IMG/VR virus record: IMGVR_UViG_3300033412_000004
Span: 1 to 64,000 of that record
Length of the DNA: 64,000 bases
DNA from: a virus
Strand: one strand, 5' to 3'
In this document: positions 62,486 to 64,000 of the stretch, one piece after another
Numbering within the stretch: position 1 is the stretch's first letter
Layout of the letters: each line of letters opens with the position of its first letter
Notes under the pieces: generated by a model
Database searches by the model: none
What the model was told of the DNA's origin: nothing
What the model saw: the letters and a program-made list of their open reading frames with translations, nothing else
Made by a program: the position numbers and the translations under genes

Positions 62486-63012
62486 AGTCAGCGCTCGATT
62501 TCCTTCGCCAAAAGTCAGTCCTCCATGCACCGCCCGGCAAGCCTTTCATCCTAAAGTCGGGTGCCGAGTCGATGACGTACATCGACGTTCGCCTGACGGC
62601 ACTGTCGTCCGACGGACTCCACGCGGTGGCCGAGGCGCTGTACGAACGCTTGGCGGGCATGAAGATCAATGCCAACCTCGTCGCTGGCGTCGCTCTGGGC
62701 GGTTGTCCCCTGGCGACGGGCGTATCGCTGATGTCGGGCCTGGACGCGCTGTACGTCCGGCCTGAAGCAAAGGACCACGGCACTGGCAAATTGGTCGAGG
62801 GTGCGTTTCACCCAGGCGACCGCGTGGTGCTGCTCGAGGACGTCATCACCTCAGGCGGATCAACATTGAAGGCCATTGCTGCGCTGCGGTCAGCGGGTCT
62901 CACCGTCGCCGGCGTCATTGCCGTCCTCGACCGAGAGCAAGGCGGCGCCGGACCCATCCAACAGGAGTGCCCGTTCACGGCGCTGTTCACGTTGAAGGAG
63001 CTACTCGCATGA
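62482..63012 (+). CDS. pyrE: Orotate phosphoribosyltransferase
   Basis: FILKSGAES..YIDVR, R.EAKDHGT, VLLEDVITSGGS, VLDRE. Confidence 0.92.
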   Translation: MKSALDFLRQKSVLHAPPGKPFILKSGAESMTYIDVRLTALSSDGLHAVAEALYERLAGMKINANLVAGVALGGCPLATGVSLMSGLDALYVRPEAKDHGTGKLVEGAFHPGDRVVLLEDVITSGGSTLKAIAALRSAGLTVAGVIAVLDREQGGAGPIQQECPFTALFTLKELLA

Positions 63013-63695
63013 ACAACCCGATCTGCTTTGCCCTTGACGGCATGGGCGCCACGGCGGCCCAGTACCACGTCGACATGCTCGAGGAACACGTCGGCGCCTT
63101 CAAGGTGGGCCTCGAACTCTTCATCCGGTCGGGCAAGCTGCCTGCCACCCAACGTCCCATCGTCCTCGACCTGAAGCTGCACGACATCCCGGAGACAGTC
63201 GCCGGCGCGGTCCGAGCAGGTGGCGACCTGGGCGCCAAGTACATGACCCTCCACATCCAACAGCGAGAAACGTTGGAGAAGGCGGTGCAGGCCGCTGAGC
63301 CCTATGACATCACGCTGTTGGGCGTCACGGTGCTGACGTCGATGACCCGAGATGACTTCAAGGACCTTCGTTTCCAGGACGGAGCGTTCGACGACGTCCG
63401 CAGCCGCGTTCACAACCTGGCGCGCTTTGCCGTCGCCCGGTGCGGGTTGCGAGGCCTGGTGTGCTCGCCGCAGGAGGTCGAATTCCTGCGAATGAACTTC
63501 ACCGACGAGGAGCAGCCTTTCCTGTTGGTGCCCGGCATCCGACCTGCGGGTTCGGCGCTCAATGATCAGAAGCGAGTCGGCACTCCGGCACAGGCGATGA
63601 AGGACGGCGCCAACCTGCTCGTCATCGGTCGGCCGATCCGAGACGCCAATGACCCGGTCCAGGCCGCAAAGGACATCCTCGCTGAGATAGCGTAG
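63009..63695 (+). CDS. pyrF: Orotidine-5'-phosphate decarboxylase
   Basis: ALD, FKVGLEL, DLKLHDIPETV, VTVLTS, VPGIRP, DQKRV, VIGRPI. Confidence 0.95.
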   Translation: MNNPICFALDGMGATAAQYHVDMLEEHVGAFKVGLELFIRSGKLPATQRPIVLDLKLHDIPETVAGAVRAGGDLGAKYMTLHIQQRETLEKAVQAAEPYDITLLGVTVLTSMTRDDFKDLRFQDGAFDDVRSRVHNLARFAVARCGLRGLVCSPQEVEFLRMNFTDEEQPFLLVPGIRPAGSALNDQKRVGTPAQAMKDGANLLVIGRPIRDANDPVQAAKDILAEIA

Positions 63696-63953
63696 ATGTC
63701 GTGGTGTAGGCGCTGCCTCGTCTACCACACGCCGGGACCCAACGGCGGTACCTTTCGTTTCATCAACGATCCTACCATCGGCGACATTCGCCATGGACGT
63801 GAACGCGGTGCATTCTTGCTTCGCCGTGTAGTAGAACGGAGAGGCAACAGGCTCTACGGAGCGTGGCTCACTGACGAGGGCCGCGCTGTCGTCGTGTGGG
63901 AAAGCGAGGTGCGCGATGCACAAGTACCCGAGGACAAGGCACATCAGGGGTAG
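63696..63953 (+). CDS. Hypothetical protein
   Basis: 85-aa ORF starting immediately after the pyrF stop. Confidence 0.4.
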   Translation: MSWCRRCLVYHTPGPNGGTFRFINDPTIGDIRHGRERGAFLLRRVVERRGNRLYGAWLTDEGRAVVVWESEVRDAQVPEDKAHQG

Positions 63954-64000
63954 CAGGTTTCAGCACGGCGACCACGACCTCGAGGCCGCCGAGTGGCAGG

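Noticed and set aside
13737-63944. Long antisense ORFs (e.g. 14706-15560, 40552-41514, 41788-42792, 45319-46266, 55750-56721, 62808-63944)
   Set aside because: They are shadows of GC3-biased sense genes and have no motifs or RBS.
1-64000. Alternative genetic code (stop-codon reassignment), as in some jumbo phages
   Set aside because: Conserved genes are full length in the standard code, and TAG, TGA and TAA all end genes at the expected C-termini.
1-64000. tRNA genes, CRISPR arrays, integrase or transposase
   Set aside because: No cloverleaf with a TTCRA T-loop, no regularly spaced direct repeats and no recombinase motifs were found by eye.

Overview
This 64 kb window is a gene-dense, GC-rich segment of a large lytic myovirus (jumbo-phage-like, distant T4-type architecture). 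It uses the standard genetic code and almost all genes are on the + strand. Positions 1-38.3 kb form the virion module: endolysin tail, Ser/Thr/Gly-rich fibre and decoration proteins, a lipoprotein, a patatin, neck gp13/14/15-like genes, two tandem ~1000-aa tail sheaths, tail tube, a gp26-like chaperone, a 1700-aa tape measure and baseplate genes. Positions 38.3-64 kb hold replication and nucleotide genes: a minimal family-A polymerase, HD hydrolase, SSB, RecA/UvsX, dUTPase, 5'-3' exonuclease, DnaB, class II RNR, ThyX, TMK, MT-A70, Hsp20s, a nucleotidyltransferase, Pnk and PyrE/PyrF. Five signals are not explained by gene annotation alone. (1) About 10 unrelated proteins scattered over the window share an N-terminal helix, M(K/R/E)(L/I)TxxxLRx(I/V)IxE(E/A); this looks like a capsid-targeting and protease-cleavage tag on packaged effectors, including an ART-like protein and a kinase-like protein. 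(2) A ~60-aa C-terminal domain is shared by two such cargo proteins. (3) There are two promoter classes, a gp55-like TAnnTA late box and a TnnAC-17-TAnnnT box, and many appear to give leaderless mRNAs. (4) A probable +1 programmed frameshift occurs in the tail chaperone gene. (5) A ~180-nt multi-stem RNA with a possible pseudoknot lies upstream of pyrE/pyrF. All functional calls come from motif recognition by eye; no database searches were run.
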